Shown: positions 11,143 through 25,177 of the stretch, in pieces
How positions within the stretch are numbered: position 1 is the first letter of the stretch
Layout of the letters: each line of letters starts with the position of its first letter
NCBI GenBank assembly: GCA_965112735.1
Contig: OZ218958.1
Span: 682,001-746,000, forward strand
Direction of reading: 5' to 3'
Origin: Phaeosaccion multiseriatum
Lineage: Eukaryota > Protista > Ochrophyta, other classes
DNA: 64,000 nt
The notes under the pieces: model-generated
The model's database searches: none
What the model was told of the DNA's origin: nothing
What the model saw: the letters and a program-made list of their open reading frames with translations, nothing else
Position numbers and translations under genes: made by a program

Positions 11143-14100
11143 AGAGAGAGTGGAGGGAGGGAGGGAGGGAGGGAGGGAGGGAGGGGGGGGATATGCGCAG
11201 GATATAGACAGGACAAGGTGAGCAGCAGTGTCGGGGGGGGGGGGGGGAAGAAGGGATAAAGCACGTTCCAGTTTACAGTTCCAATTCACAGCCACACCAG
11301 TTGTTACCTTATGCGATCCTGGGACGGCCCAGAGACATCCGTTGGTGAGTGAGCAGTCCTCCAGAGCCCACCAAAAGCCGATGACGCTCTGCGGCTGGCG
11401 ACGACGAGGGTGGATTCGAGGCGCGGAGGGAGAGGGAGGGAGGGAGGGAGGGAGGGAGGGAGGGAGGGAGGGAGGGAGGGAGGGAGGGAGGAAGGGAGGG
11501 AGGGAGGGAGGGAGGGAGGGAGGGCCAGTCGAGGGGACGAAAGAAGACGCAAAGGGCCAAAAGGTCAGGACGAGGGAAGCTCCTCCACAACTGCTACTAT
11601 GTACTAGCAAGGTATACTCCTGCTACTATTCTACTCCCCTTCTACTACTATTTAATACTACTACTACTACTACTTCTTCTACCTAATACTACTACTACTA
11701 CCACTAGTGCTACTGCTCCTACTGGTCTCACCTCTGTGTAAATGAAGGTCCCGTCGCGGTGGGCCCCGACCTTGCCTGCGCAGCGTGACGCAAGGGAGAG
11801 TGCCGTGTGTGGACAGAGCAGGAAGGAATACACGCACACACGCACACGCATACACACAACATACAGACATCCATGCACGCAGACACACACACCTAAACAC
11901 ACACATACACACACACCTAAACACACACATACACACACACCTAAACAAACACACACATACACACACCTAAACACGCACTAACCTCCGATCTTGGGCTGTT
12001 TGAAGATGTACATGGACTGCACCGCTTGGGGCCGCTGCACGCCAAGGTCCCTCGACATCTGAGGAAGAGGAACGGTTTGGGTTTGAGGTGTTGAGGTAGG
12101 TGGTGAGTTTAGAGTTTGAGTTTGTGAGTTTGAAGGTGGTGAAGTGGGCGAGGGAGAAGAGCACGCCGCCACGGAGAGGAGAGGAGCGGAGCTGCAGCGC
12201 TTCGCCACACCACGGGGCCGGCCTGTACCCACGCACTGCATGCCCCCACCTGCATGTAGTGGCCTGACCGCTCGTCCGAGTGCCACACACACTCTGTCCC
12301 TCTCTTTCTATGTCGCTATCTCTCACTTTCTTTCTGTCGCTCTCTCTCTCTCCCTCACTCTCTGTCTCCTTCTCGCTGTGCGTGCGCGTGTGTGTATTCG
12401 TGTGTGTATTCTTGTGTGCGTTTGTGTGTGCGTGAGTGAATTTGTGTGCGTGTGTGTGTGCGCATGTGTGTGTGCGCTATTACCTGGCCGATACGGGGGT
12501 CGTAGGAGAGGCGCTGAAACGCTTCGTCAAGGTCGTGGAGGCCATGACCTGCACAGTGGTAGACGAGACAGTAAGGCAATGGAATGACCCAGTCAGTCAG
12601 TCAGTCAGTCAGTCAGTTAGTGAGGCAGTCAGCCAGTTCAGTCAGTGAGTCAGTGAGTCAGTGAGTCAGTAGGTTAGGGACCAGATGCAAACTGACCGGA
12701 CGGACAGAGGCTGAAAGCGTGCTGTGAATGAGGGCGGAGGGACACGCGGGCAGCCGAGACAGAGACCATGCGCTGCCGTCTGCTGCCATCCTTCTCGCCT
12801 CTCCGTACCTATCTTGTTGATACACATGGAGCGGTCGGGTTGGGTGAAGTTGCCGGCCTCGTCAAAGGCATCGGCCTCCCAGAAGAAGCGGATCTGTCGC
12901 CAGCCAGATTTGCCATTAGGTGCCATCCGACAGTGGACAGCGAGAGGGGTTTGGCCATGATACGGGGGAGGAGGGAGAGGGGAGGGAGGGCGGGCAGTAG
13001 TAGTAAGATATGGGAGATAGAGGCAGCGTTGGGCGTCGGCAGGGTGGAGAGTGAGGGCAACAAGCAGACCGATCGTGTGAGATGTTGCTGCAGCACAAGG
13101 GTGGGGGCTGTGCGGGGGATTGTGAGTACAGTTTTCAGTACCACAAATAAGATCTATATCCAAGCTTCTGTGCCTACTCCAAGGAGAAGCGTCTGAAGAA
13201 TCAGGAGGATCCAACCGTGCCCGGGCTTCCACTCAACTTCTCCTTGTGATTGCCGGTGGATTAAACTGTTGAAACTGTTGAAACAGTTTTTGTGTTGTAG
13301 CTATGGCTGACGCTGACTTACTTTATCTCCGCTGCCGATGAAGTACTTGTTGCTCGTCGCCTCCCGCTGCTGCTCATCGGTGGTGAAGATTGTCCTTGGG
13401 CGGTCAAGGAAGAGGGGAGGGGAGGGGGAAGGGGGAAAGGCAAGTGAGAAGGGGTGGGGGGGGGGTAGAAGAAGCACAGAAGAGTGGAGAGGAAAAATTC
13501 AAGGAAGCTTTAGGAGCAATGGGGAGGAAGAAACTCATGGAAGCTTTAAGAGTAATGGGGAGGAGGGTTGCGGAAGGACAGCAAGGGGGGGGTAGAAGAG
13601 AAGGGGGATCGGCGCGGTGCGAAAGGAAGGGGGAGAGCGAAACGGGAGGCTGCGTAACACTCACTTTGACTCGGTTAAGTCCGACCGGGTAAGGATGTTG
13701 GCGATACTTTCCTACGCACGAGGAGCACATGCAGAGGCGAGAATCAATGACAATGGCAACAAGGCGTGTGAGGCCACTCCTCCCCTCCCAATCCGACAAG
13801 GACAACTCCCGACAGGGAGGATACAGGACCATCCAGTCCCAGTCCTCCCATGCCTTTGAGAAGTGTGTGAGGAAGAGCTTGAAGGGTGAAGACCCTGAAG
13901 GGAATGGGCTCTCTGGTGGACCCACGCTCTCCCTCTCTTTGGAGCTTCTACCGGCCGGTCCCCCTTTAATCACACTGCTCCGCCCACACTTACCCTTGCC
14001 GCGTTGACCTCGGATGCATCCCAAAAGCCTGGAAGGACCAGGTACCCATCTCTGTTGAAGGCATTGCACTCCTGGGCGGAGGAAGGAGGACAAAGATGCA

Positions 14101-14411
14101 GCAGAGAGATGGAACGGAAAGCATTGCGAAAGGAAGGGCATAGCATGGGCGTCAAGAGCGGGATTAGCACCAGGAGGGAATCAAGTACAGTAGGGTTATG
14201 TGCCAGAGTAGCGTGAATATGACTCTCGTCCACTCAGGGAGAAGGGAGTAAATGTGGAAGAAGGGGGAAGGGGAGGGGGATGCGGGGGTGGTGGGTGCGT
14301 TAAAAAGGAGAGGGAAGGCAGATGGTGGAAGAACTCAGGCGTCCCACATAGCATGTCTCACAGCGTGCCCCTCACCTCTTCCGAGAGCTGCCTCGTCCCC
14401 ATGTCTCCCAT
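9731..14411 (-). CDS. PHYHD1: Phytanoyl-CoA dioxygenase domain protein (PHYHD1-like, PhyH family Fe(II)/2-oxoglutarate oxygenase), ~12 exons
   Basis: Spliced product [28 protein letters not shown]...[19 protein letters not shown]...[12 protein letters not shown]...[23 protein letters not shown]...[24 protein letters not shown]...[49 protein letters not shown]. The HxD...H triad and the 2OG-binding Arg are present. Confidence 0.93.
9808..9908. repeat. 11-bp tandem repeat (GCCAATAGCAC-like), ~8-9 copies, abutting the last splice acceptor of PHYHD1
   Basis: Visible gccaataccac/gccaatagcat/gccaacagcac units. Confidence 0.85.
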
Positions 14412-14551
14412 CGTGGTGAGAAAGAAGAAAGGAAGAGAAGGTTGGGGAGGGGGACAACTGTGAGATTATGTATGCCCAACTTGGATAGTTACTTTCCTCC
14501 TTCCTACTCAAATAAATGACTGCTTCTCGTATCCACATCACATCCTCCTGC

Positions 14552-14700
14552 AGTTTCCCCTGTGGCTGCACCCGGCGCCTCTACCACTGCCCCTCGGACA
14601 TCGCGCTCGCCGCAATACATGTATTAAGACCTTAATTAATTTTTATTTTTTTATTACAATCTCACTCTGGTAGGCGCCGGGTGCAACCAGAGGGGAAACT
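14552..14700. repeat. 29-bp inverted repeat around a spacer with an AT-rich core, just upstream of PHYHD1; followed by a 30-bp-period direct duplication (14702-14756)
   Basis: AGTTTCCCCTGTGGCTGCACCCGGCGCCT (14552-14580) versus AGGCGCCGGGTGCAACCAGAGGGGAAACT (14672-14700), 2 mismatches. Confidence 0.85.
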
Positions 14701-15370
14701 TCAGCGGTATTCCCTCGCCATGGAGAAACCGCAGCGGTATTCCTTCGCCATGGAGAGTTCGTCGCGGTAGGGGAACACGATGGGGTGGCTGACAGCGCGA
14801 CTGTTTATTGGAGGCGGTGTCAGCGGTGTGGGGGGGAGGCGTGGGGATTGTGGGGTGGAGTGGTGTGGTGGGGTGTGGGCAAGGGTAGCTGCTGATGATG
14901 TATATCATTAGCCCCCCTTGGTGTGGGTGAGGAGGAGGCGGAAGAGAAGATAGTGCCGGTCCGGTTCGGAGTTCCTCCTGCTGGGCAGCCAGTTCGCTGT
15001 GCCGCTGCTCTACCTCAGCGTGTCCGGCTGGAAGGGGGTCCGTCGGAGCTGCTGGTGATGGGATCCGAGGCCGATCCTCCTCCTGGGTCGGCCGTGTGGG
15101 CGGCAAGAAGATGTACTTGAGAAAGAGGGCTGGTGCGGACTTCGGAGTACTTCCTTATCTTCCTTCCCCGCACAATATGGTCAGGAGATACCACATGGAC
15201 ATGACCCTCCGCCACAGTGCCCTATCTCTGGCGCCAGTGAACCAACACACGCCCACAACGCGCTCGACCTTACCCTCTTGCCGGACGGCCTTGAATGTGC
15301 TCCACGTGGACGTCAGGCCTAGCTATACCCGGCCGCAGCACCCCCACTACACCAACACAAACGACCCAGG

Positions 15371-15705
15371 TTGTTGTGCTCTGAATTCAAGAAACCCTTT
15401 GCTCTCCCTGCCTCGCTCAAGAAGGTCACATTTTGGTTTCGCTTCAATCAGCACGTTGTCCTCCCTTGTGGGTTGGAGGAGCAGGTGGCTGGAGGTTGGG
15501 GAAGGTTTCAACAAGCCTCTGGAGCTGCCCGCCTCGCTCAAGAGGATCAGTTTTGAGGAAGACTCTTGGTTCAATCAGCACTTGGTTCTCCCTGATGGTG
15601 TGGAGGAGGTGGAGATGGGGCGGGACTTTGACCTCTCTCTCTCGACCTCTCGGCCTCTCTGAAGAAGATCAAATATAGAGAGATATTCAATCAACGGGTG
15701 ATGAA
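15371..15705 (+). pseudogene. Degenerate FNIP-type leucine-rich repeat fragment with about two frameshifts
   Basis: Three successive segments that need frame changes: FKKPFALPASLKKVTFWFRFNQHVVLPCGLEE; LEVGEGFNKPLELPASLKRISFEEDSWFNQHLVLPDGVEEVEMGRDF; ASLKKIKYREIFNQ. They fit the FNxxxxLPxSLxxIxF pattern. Confidence 0.7.
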
Positions 15706-16430
15706 GATGGAGAGAGAGAGAGAGAGGGAGAGAGGGAGAGAGAGAGGGAGAGAAATGAGAGAGAGAGAGAGAGAGCTGGAGCGCGGAGAGGGAGAAAGTG
15801 ACAGAGAGTGACAGCGAGCAGATCCCTCTTGCTCTGTGGCTGCAATTTGCAGTTTGCGGGCAGCAGCACTGCCATAACGCACGGGAGCACATACAGCACA
15901 TACACATGAAAAGGAGCGATTCGCACTCATGTACTTGGATCACTAAAAGATGCCTCCTTTACAAACAACACGACCGACTGACTCGAGCTTTCTTCCTCTC
16001 ACACGCCCACGACACGTTCGCCCGGTGCGCCGTAACCGACCCTAGAGGGGGGAGGGGGGGGGTAGGCTTCGTCCATTCCCCACCCCTGCCCTCCCATTGG
16101 CCCCAGCCTATGACTTTTATAAGGTGGTGCCCCGGCGAGGGGCCCAATGGGTCCCGGCCTTTGATCCTTTCATGGTGGTCATGGTGGTGCTCCGGCCGCC
16201 GCCAGGGGCTCATCATATGCCCTGTATGGGGCTCGTTTCACGGAATCGTAACGGCTGTAACGGCTCTGTATGTGTTCTCAAAGGCCTCTCTGCCTCCTCC
16301 TTTCTTCCCTGCCTTCCCCTCTCCTGCCCTGCCCCCCTCCCCCCCTTACGTGTGTGCTGCCGTCATCACTGTAACGGCTGTAACGGCTGTAACGGCTGCA
16401 ACGGCTCGTCAACATCTCATTGCGTCACAT

Positions 16431-16940
16431 TCACATGTCCTGAATCTCAACGATGATCGCGTCTCTGGCGGCGGAGCTCTCGAAGATGGCGGTTACAAGC
16501 CCGCTCAGCTCGTCTGCGGAGAACAGGCGGAATGCACCTCGCACCAGCTGCTCGCCGATCTGTATACAGAGGGGAGGGGAGCGGCGGGGAGGAAGGGCGG
16601 GGGGGAGCGGAGGGGAGGAAGAGAGGAGGGAAGGGGAGAGGAGAAGATGGGAAGGGAGGAGAGGGGGAGGGAGAGGGGAGGGAGAGGGGAGGGAAGGGAG
16701 GTTATGACTGCCGTTCCCTGCTACGTCGTTCCACACAAAGACGCACGCGTGCACACACAAGACTCTTAAGAAGAGCACAAAGACCCAAAGACCTCTTTGC
16801 GCTTAGTGCAGTCAAGGGAGGGAGTACACAGAGTACACATCACCCCCCTTGTAGACAAGTTGTCGGTCACTCAGTCCATGCCATGCAATTGGTTCGTGTG
16901 GCGTCTCCATATTCAAAGTCATGAAGCTTGCATACACACG

Positions 16941-16986
<46 letters not shown>

Positions 16987-19900
16987 TCTGCCTCTCTCCT
17001 TTCCCCAACGAAAGACTCAAAAGGCGTTAAGGCGTTTAGGTGTGAAGGTGTGAAGGTGTTGAGGTGTTGAGGTAACTTGCCTGCTCGAGGCTGTAGTCCA
17101 TCACTTTGGTCAGTGTGCGCAGCTTGGCCCACCGGGGGCAGCACTGCTCCGCCTGCTCAGGCTCCTCGAACACCTTCACCAAGGGAAGAGGAGGGGAGGG
17201 GAGGGGAGGGGAGGGGAGGGGAGGGGAGGGGAGGAGGCCAAAGAGAGGGAGAGAGAGAAAGAGAAGGGGGGATGGGAGGGGCACAGGGGGAGGACAGGGG
17301 GAGAGAGAGGGAGAGGGAGAGAGGGAGAGGGAGAAGGGGGGGGGGGGGGAGGAACAGAGAGAGAGGGAGAGATGGAGAGGGAGATGGAGAGACAGAGAGA
17401 GCAAGAAAGAGGGATATTGAGACGGAGAGGGGGCAAGTTAGACACAAACGAAGGATGTGGTGTGGTCCTGTTTCATACACACATGAAGGGTAACTTTCTG
17501 GGCGGCAGTTTCAGTGTCAGCTTTGTGAGCCTTCCCTTACCTCCTCCACCTCGGCCAGCGCGTTGAGTGTGTGGTGTAGGCGTTGCGTCTGCTCCTCCGC
17601 GAACTCCGGGCAGGTGAGGATGGGGTCCATGACCGTGCCGACCACGGAAACCTCCAGTAGCTCGCCCATCACGCGTGCGTACAGGTCCTGAGACAGACGC
17701 ATCGCGCACACACACACACACACGCACATAGGACGGGAAACACAAAGTGGGGATTGCACGTAAGAAGGATGGTTTACCTTACATAAGAAGGACGGGGTAC
17801 CTTACATAAGAAGGATGGGTTACCTTACATAAGAAGGACGGGGTACCTTGCGTGTGAAGGATGGGCTACCCTTCCAGAAAACCAAGACCCAATCCAAGAC
17901 CCAATCAGGTGGGAGAGATATAAGGATGGGGAAAAGGTGTATGGGTACGCCGTCCCGGGGCTCCTCTCCCTCTCGGTCTCAGTCCATACGCTGTCGCTCC
18001 TTCCTCTCTCCTCTGCCTCTCTCTCTCTGCCCATAACGCTGTACCCCCCCCCCCCCCTTGCTCTCTGCTTCTTCTCTACCCACCCCCTATATGCCTCTCT
18101 CTCTCTGCCCATACACCTCTCTGCCTCACCTTGGCCAGCACATGCCTCCAGGCCTGAGCAAGTTGCCTCATGTGATACACCACCTTTCTCACGGCAGTCT
18201 CTGCTCGCCCCTCCCCTATGCCTCCGAGGCTGCCCAGCCCCAGTCCCATGCCCAAGTGGAGGCCGTCGTGGGGGGGCCTCCTCGATCCCTTTTGGGAAGG
18301 GCAGGAGGGGAGAGGAGGGAAGGGCAGGAGGGGAGAGGAGGGAAGGGGAGAGGTGGGAAGGGGAGAGGTGGGAGGGGGAGGGGAGGAGGGAGGGGATGGG
18401 GGGGAGGGGAGGGACAGGAGCAGAGAGAACGAATCAGGGAGTAGGAAAATGAAAGGAGAAGAAGACAGGAGGGCACAAGGAAGAGACCAGCAGGGACCGT
18501 AATCCGTGTGCTGTTTGTCGTCGGAGTCAGTCTTACTTACCCTGCCGCCGTCGGAGCCAGCACCCCCACCTTCCCCCTCCCAATGCGCGAAGTTCACTCC
18601 CTCCAGAAACTCCCTCAGCTGGGCGTGCTGCTTGCGGAGCTGATCCACAAACCTGATGGGCCAGGGAAGAGACAACCAGAGAGAGAGGAGAGAGAGAGGG
18701 GGGGGGGGGGGGGGGAGAGAGAGAGAGAGAGAGGAGAGAGAGAGGAGAGAGAGAGGAGAGAGAGAGAGGAGAGAGACGAGAGAGAGAGGAGAGAGAAAGA
18801 AAGAGAGGAGAGAGAGTGGGGAGAGGGGGGTAAGACCAGAAGACAAGGCCGGCTTCAGCGGACAGCAACCCAACCCAGTGGAGCAGGTAGCAGGGAGCAT
18901 AGCAGCAACTCACTCACTCACTCACTCACTCACTCCCTCACTCATTCAAATCATTCACTCATTCAAATCACTCACTCATTCAAATCACTCACTCACTAAC
19001 TCACTCACTCCCTCCCTCCCTCCCTCACTCACTCACTCATTCAAATCACTCACTCACTCACCCATTCAAATCACTCACTCACTCACTCCCTCCCTCACTC
19101 ACTCACTCACTCATTCAAATCACTCACTCACTCACCCATTCAAATCACTCACTCACTCACTCCCTCCCTCCCTCCCTCCCTCACTCACTCACCTGACCTC
19201 TCCAAGCTCTCTGAAGAGCGGCACCATGTCCACCATACTCGCCGTCTTGTTGATGGGAGGGGGTAGGCGCTGTCTGTACTGATGCCCGAGGCTCAGGAGA
19301 TGGTGGCTCAAGTACAGGCAGTCGTTGTGGAACAGAGCTGCGGTGGAGGCCAAGGAGAGGCGGGGAGGGAGGGAGGGACGGAGGGAGGGAGGGAGGGAGG
19401 GAAGGAGGGAGGGAGGGAGGGAGGGAGGGAGAAGGGAGGGAGGGAGGGAGGGAAGGAGGGAGGGAGGGAGGGAGGGAAGGAGGGAGGGAGGGAGGGAGGG
19501 AGGGAGGGAGGGAAGGAGGGAGGGGGGGAACGAGGGGGGGAGGGAGGAGAAGGAGGGAAGGAGGGAGGGAAGGGAAGGAGGACGTGTGAGGCTCGCACTC
19601 TCGCACTCGTCCCACGTACTGCCCGCCCCTTATTCGTTCCTACAGACACGAAACGGCAAAGCAAGGCAAAACGACGCGCCTTTGCCTCGCCTTTGCGCCG
19701 CCTTGCCTTGCATTGCCTTATGTACTTGTGTTACGTACGTGGGTACGTACGTGCGTACATATATAAATTCATAGATAGACACATACATACATACATACAT
19801 ACATACATACATACATACATACAAACATACATACATACGTACCTGCGATTCGAGGAACGTTCTCGATCTGATCGGCGTGGAAGACGGGCACCACAGCGCG

Positions 19901-21819
19901 GAAGAGGTCCAACATCTCCCTGCAGGTGCGGTACAGATCCTTGGCTGCAAGGGGGGGCATGACCTTTCGACAAGGCAAGGGGGGGGGGAGGGGAGGGGGG
20001 GGGAGGGGAGGGGAGGGGAGGGGAGGGGAGGGGAGGGGAGGGGAGGGGAGGGGAGGGGAGGGGAGGGGAGGGGAGGGGAGGGGAGGGGAGGGGAGGGGAG
20101 GGGACGAAAGAGAAGAGGAGGGAATGGGAAAGGAAGGGTAAGAGCCGTAGCAACCCGGGCAAGAAAGCAAGAAGAAAACTCGTGTGAAACTGAACCAAAG
20201 TTGCACAACGCCGCAGTCACACCTGGTCCGAGCATGCCGTCATGAGGGTTTGGTGCGCGAGCTCCACGAGTTGGTGAGCCACACAGGTCACGTGGCACGT
20301 TGGTAGTACAAACACACGGGTGTGTGTGCCTGTCAGCTTGCCGTGCTTGGGAGCGTGGCCTGTTGGTGATACAGCGGCAGTTGTTGATACACGTTGTATA
20401 GCAGCAGTTGGTGATCGGCAGTGGGGGATATACGTTGACAGCATATCGGTAAAGGGGGACATGGATCGATGATCCCATCTTACCTCGCTTGGAAGAGTCG
20501 GACGCCTCTGCCGACAGACTGCCTCGCTCCGTCGCATCGGAAACCTGTTGGTAGAGAGGGACGTACACGAACACGCACGTGGACACACACACACACACAC
20601 ACACACACAGAAGGGAAACGGGAGACGGAGAGAAGAGAGAGGCGGGGACGGACCGTGTCAGTGGAAGTGAGTCAACACACACATATCGACGACACGCACA
20701 CACACGCACACCCCCGCACACGCACACACACGCGCACGCACACACACGTACGCACACACATAAACACATACATATACATATACATATATAAACAAAAGCG
20801 AAGTCACACACCTGCACTGAGTTGTGATAGTCCCCTAACATGAGCTGTCGGGCCTCAGCGAGGAGGGTGCGACGCCGTTTGGCTGCAAAGTGCGCGTCCA
20901 AGCTGGCCAGGTAGCGGCTCAGGAGTTGCCAGGACGCAGGGGCAGAGGAGGAGGAGGAGGAGGGGGAGGAGGGGTGGGAGGGAGAGACTGACGATGTTGT
21001 TGTTGTTGGTGGTGCCGCAGGTGAAGGGTGGTTCGAAAGATTCTCGGTTGCTGCTTGTACCGCTTCACTTCCGAAGTAGCCCATCGCGCCTGCACGAGGC
21101 GGAAAGGAGCGGAGGGGAGGGAGGAGGGGATGGAGGAGAGAGGAGAGGAGAGCGCAGGGAAGAGAACAGAAAGGCAGAGAAGGGGGGGAGAGGAGAGGAG
21201 AGGAGAGGGGAGGAGAGGAGAGGAGAGGAGAGGAGAGGAGAGCAGAGGAGAGGAGAGAAGAGGAGAGGAGAGGAGAGGAGAGGAGATGAGAGGGGAGGAG
21301 AGAAGAGGAGGGGAGAGGAGAGGAGAGGAGAGGAGAGGAGATGAGAGGGAAGGAGAGAAGAGGAGGGGAGAGGAGAGGGGAGGGGCCATGTGGAAGGGCG
21401 TCAGCGCTGGGGAGAAGGAAGAAATGACGCCGTATCAGTGCCCGAAACCGAACTACCGAAATCTGGAAAAATCGACTGACCGAGTGATTCACTGAATCAC
21501 TGATTCACTGCACTGCCCGACTGGCTGACAGACCGACTAATTGACTGACGAACAGACACTCACGGAGTCACTGACTTACCAAGCGACATTTCGAAGCTCC
21601 TGCAGGGGGCCTCCAATCTCCGCTTGAAGCCCCCCAACTCCCCCGCAGACTCCGGCAGAGCCCCATCAATGGCCCTGAGCAGCTGCTGTACCACCTCGGC
21701 ACAGAAACCCTCCCCCTCCCTTTCACCAGCGGCGATGATGTCGGCGGCGGGTGGGGCGTCGAAGCTTGCCGGGGAGCACACAAGCCGAGCTCCGAGAGAA
21801 GCGGTAATGGGTACTTTGC

Positions 21820-21862
<43 letters not shown>

Positions 21863-22296
21863 CGTGCGTGTGTGTGTGTGTGAGCAGCCGTGACGACGAG
21901 GGGTGAGTGCATGAGAGATGGCACAAGAAGAGAGATCAGGTAAAGACATAAGGTTACATAAGGTTGGCACTGATCTTCATGCGCCCATTGTGTAAGCGTC
22001 GCATTGCCGCTTCCCTCCCTCCTTCTCTCCGTCCCTCCCTGCCTCCCTCCCTCCCAGCCCCCCTCCCCTCTCTCCCTCCCCTCCCCTCCCCTCCCTCCCT
22101 CTCCCGCCCTGTCCCCCTCCCCTCCCCCCCTCCCTCCCTTCCTCTTTACCTGCAGCACTTCCTCATGCACGAAGCTCAGCACATGGTGTGCCCTTGCCAA
22201 AAGCTCCACCGGAAGCTCCGCCGCCGTCCCTCCTCGCCCCATGTCACTGCTGCTGTGCCACCAACTATTGCCGCCGCCACTACTACTACTACTACC

Positions 22297-22328
<32 letters not shown>

Positions 22329-22949
22329 CCCTGCCCCTGTCACCACTTGCACCACTTCCACCAGTCCCTGTCTCATCTCCAGCGCTGCTGCTGTGGCTGT
22401 GACTTATGCTGCCGGGCAGACGCTTAACAGGTCCGTAGACAAAGGTGGCGGATCTTCCGTTGGCAGAGTGGGTGCGCTGGGGCGGTCCAGGCACCTGTCC
22501 TGCCGGAGACAGCATGAGCGGTTTCAGGAGGTGCATGTAGAGCCGCTGAGCAATTTCGGGGATGAAATCGTCCAGCAGCTCGAGGCGGTGCAGAGCCTTG
22601 AATATGTCACTGAGTGGCACAGGACGAGGGTACTTTCGGTCGCAAAAGTAACCGCTTAGGACCTGTTGGAAGTATTTGTGCGCACACACCGAATCGAAGG
22701 GTGGGGGGCAGGAGAGGAGGGGAGGGTGGAGGGGAGGGGGAGCCGTAGGACAGCATTGGGGGGGGGGTGTAAGAGAGAGGGAGGGAGGGGGAGAGAGGGG
22801 GAGAGAGAGGGACAGACGGGGAGGGAGAGAGAGAGAGGGCGAGAGGGGGAGAGAGGGGGGGCAGGGTTAGGTAACGCACGCATACGTAAAAAACGCGCGT
22901 AACGTATGCGTAGGAGAGGTGCTATACATATATATATATAACAAAACAT

Positions 22950-23007
<58 letters not shown>

Positions 23008-23673
23008 GTTACACATGTTTACGTAACCCCCTTACGTACCTTGACGACGGTGGCGGTGCTCTCTGTGGACAGGTCCATGGCGGCGGTGGCGGTGTCGCGA
23101 AGGGCGTTCTCTAGCATGGTGCGGCGCTTGCGGAGGAGACGTTTCATCACCTTGGGGGAGGAGGGGAGGGGAGGAGGGGAGAGGAGTGTTGGGGGCATAC
23201 GGGCAGAGCGGGGCAAAGGAGGGGAGAGGGGAGAGAAGTAAGTCAGTGGACAGTGCAGGGGTAGCACAGCCTGCAGAGAATACAGCCGCAGCCGAGATCA
23301 GATGGAGAGACACTGAGTAAGTCAGTGGGTACACACGAGTACATGAGAAGAGACGGGAGAGGAAGTGAGTAAGTCAGTGGATGGATCTCACCTTGACTAC
23401 TTGCTCGTCTGCCTGCCCCGTGGGTACCTCGAAGTCGTGTGCGTCGGCCCTGCTCACAGCGCTCTTTGGAAGTGTAAGGGCGAGGAGGAGAGAGGGCAAG
23501 GGTCAGGAGGGGCCGTGAGTAAGTCAGTGAGTGAGTGAGTGAGTGAGTGAGTGAGTGAGTGAGTGGGTAGTGGGAGGGTGGGAGTGGGGTAGTGAGTGAG
23601 TGAGTGTGGAGATAGGTAGTGTGTAAAGAAAGGTAAGACAGATAGACAGACAAACACACAACCAGGCAGACAG

Positions 23674-23707
<34 letters not shown>

Positions 23708-25177
23708 AGTCAGACAGACACACACACACAGGCAGACATAGACGCTTAGACGCACCTGCACTTGGCAGATGAGGCCCTCCGCCCGCACAAGCATATCGGC
23801 AGCCTCCGCAGGTTTCCCGTCACCGATGCGCCCGTCGATGCCCACCAGGATCTCGTTCACCTTTGAGCATTCATCCCACATAAATACAGGGGTGGGGTGG
23901 TGAGTGGTGAGGTGAGGTTGAGGGTGGGGAGGTTGAGAGGTTGGTTGTTCGGTTGCTTGAGCAGAGACGGAGGATGAGGAGGAGAGGAGGAGGAGGAGGA
24001 GGAGGAGGAGGAGGAGGAGGAGGAGGAGGAGGAGGAGGAGGAGGAGGAGGAGGAGGAGGAGGAGGAGGAGGAGGAGGAGGAGGAGGGGACGACGGCTGTG
24101 ATAAGGTACAGGAGAGAGGGGAGAACAATTCCCCCGCCGCTCTGTCCTGCTTGCAGACGCGGAACACTCGCATTCGAGGGCACCGTAGCGCTTGTATGTC
24201 GGTGCATGTATGTACGTATCTGTACTTCTTCCCCATTCATTACTCACCGAGCAAATGTCGCCAAGCACGTTGATGAGGGCCTCGCACACTCTGGCCTGGC
24301 TGTTGAGGCGGCTGTTGCGTCCCGCATGCTGTGCCACCAGTGCCGTCAAGTTCAGACCCCCTCCACCGCCATTGTTGTTGTTGTTGGTGGTGGTGGTGGT
24401 GGTGGTGGTGGTGTTGCTGTCCACCGATTCCGCCAGCATCTTATTGTGAACGAATGGTGTCATAGTGACAGGTGCGAGGGTAGGAGAGGGAGGGAAAGCG
24501 GGAGGAGAAGAGATAAGATGTTGGCGCGGGAATCTCCGCTGTGTAGACAGTCTATCTCATCTCTGTCTCTTGTCTCTACTGCATCGGGCGGCCTCGCGCT
24601 CTCTCTCCCCCTCTCTCTCTTCGTCAAGCATCTTGACAAGCAACGCCTATGCAAGAGTCTGCATGTATTACCGTGCCTATTCTTAGCCCAAAGCCAATCC
24701 GACGTGGATACGGTACCGATAGACCTCTTTGTCAGGCACAGGCCCAACGTCTATCCCAGTCGTGAACTCAACGCACCCTCACTTCCATCTTCAGTTGCTC
24801 AAAGCGCCGCTCCGCCTCATCGCTGGCGTCGAAGGAGCCGTCTCCTGCCCCATGCTGCACCTTCAGCGCAGAGAATACCTGGTCATCGGCGCCAGCAGTA
24901 GCCCCCGCGGCAGCAAGCAAAGGGGGGGGCGGCAATGAGATGGGAGAGGGGGAGGAGGGGGGGGAGAGGCTTCAAGAGAGAGATGGGCAATAGGAGAGAA
25001 AGTGAATCACGTCCTTCCACCAGTCTTCATCACACGCCGTATCGACTCTCCTCCTTCCTTCTTCCCCCTCTCTCTCTCTTTCTCTCTCCTCACCTTGGCC
25101 CTTACAGAGGCCAGCTCCTCGTTGAGCTCATCCAGCCGCTCCTGCACCTCCGTCGGAGAGAGTACAGTGGGTCGCAT
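16431..25177 (-). CDS. ZW10: Centromere/kinetochore protein ZW10 homolog (RZZ/Dsl1 complex), many exons
   Basis: Exons give LYRTCREMLDLFRAVVPVFHADQIENVPRIAALFHNDCLYLSHHL, MVDMVPLFRELG, KVVYHMRQLAQAWRHVL and terminal FSADELSGLVTAIFESSAARDAIIVEIQDM*. The start MRPTVLSPTEVQERLDELNEEL at 25177 is inferred. Confidence 0.85.
17761..17872. repeat. 23-bp minisatellite, ~4.5 copies, in a ZW10 intron
   Basis: Unit TAAGAAGGAYGGKKTACCTTACA. Confidence 0.85.

Noticed and set aside
19630-21492. 620-aa ORF and other long ORFs (30616-32061, 43962-45638, 3952-4611, 52649-53266)
   Set aside because: They are stop-free read-through of intronic microsatellites; only the embedded exons are coding.
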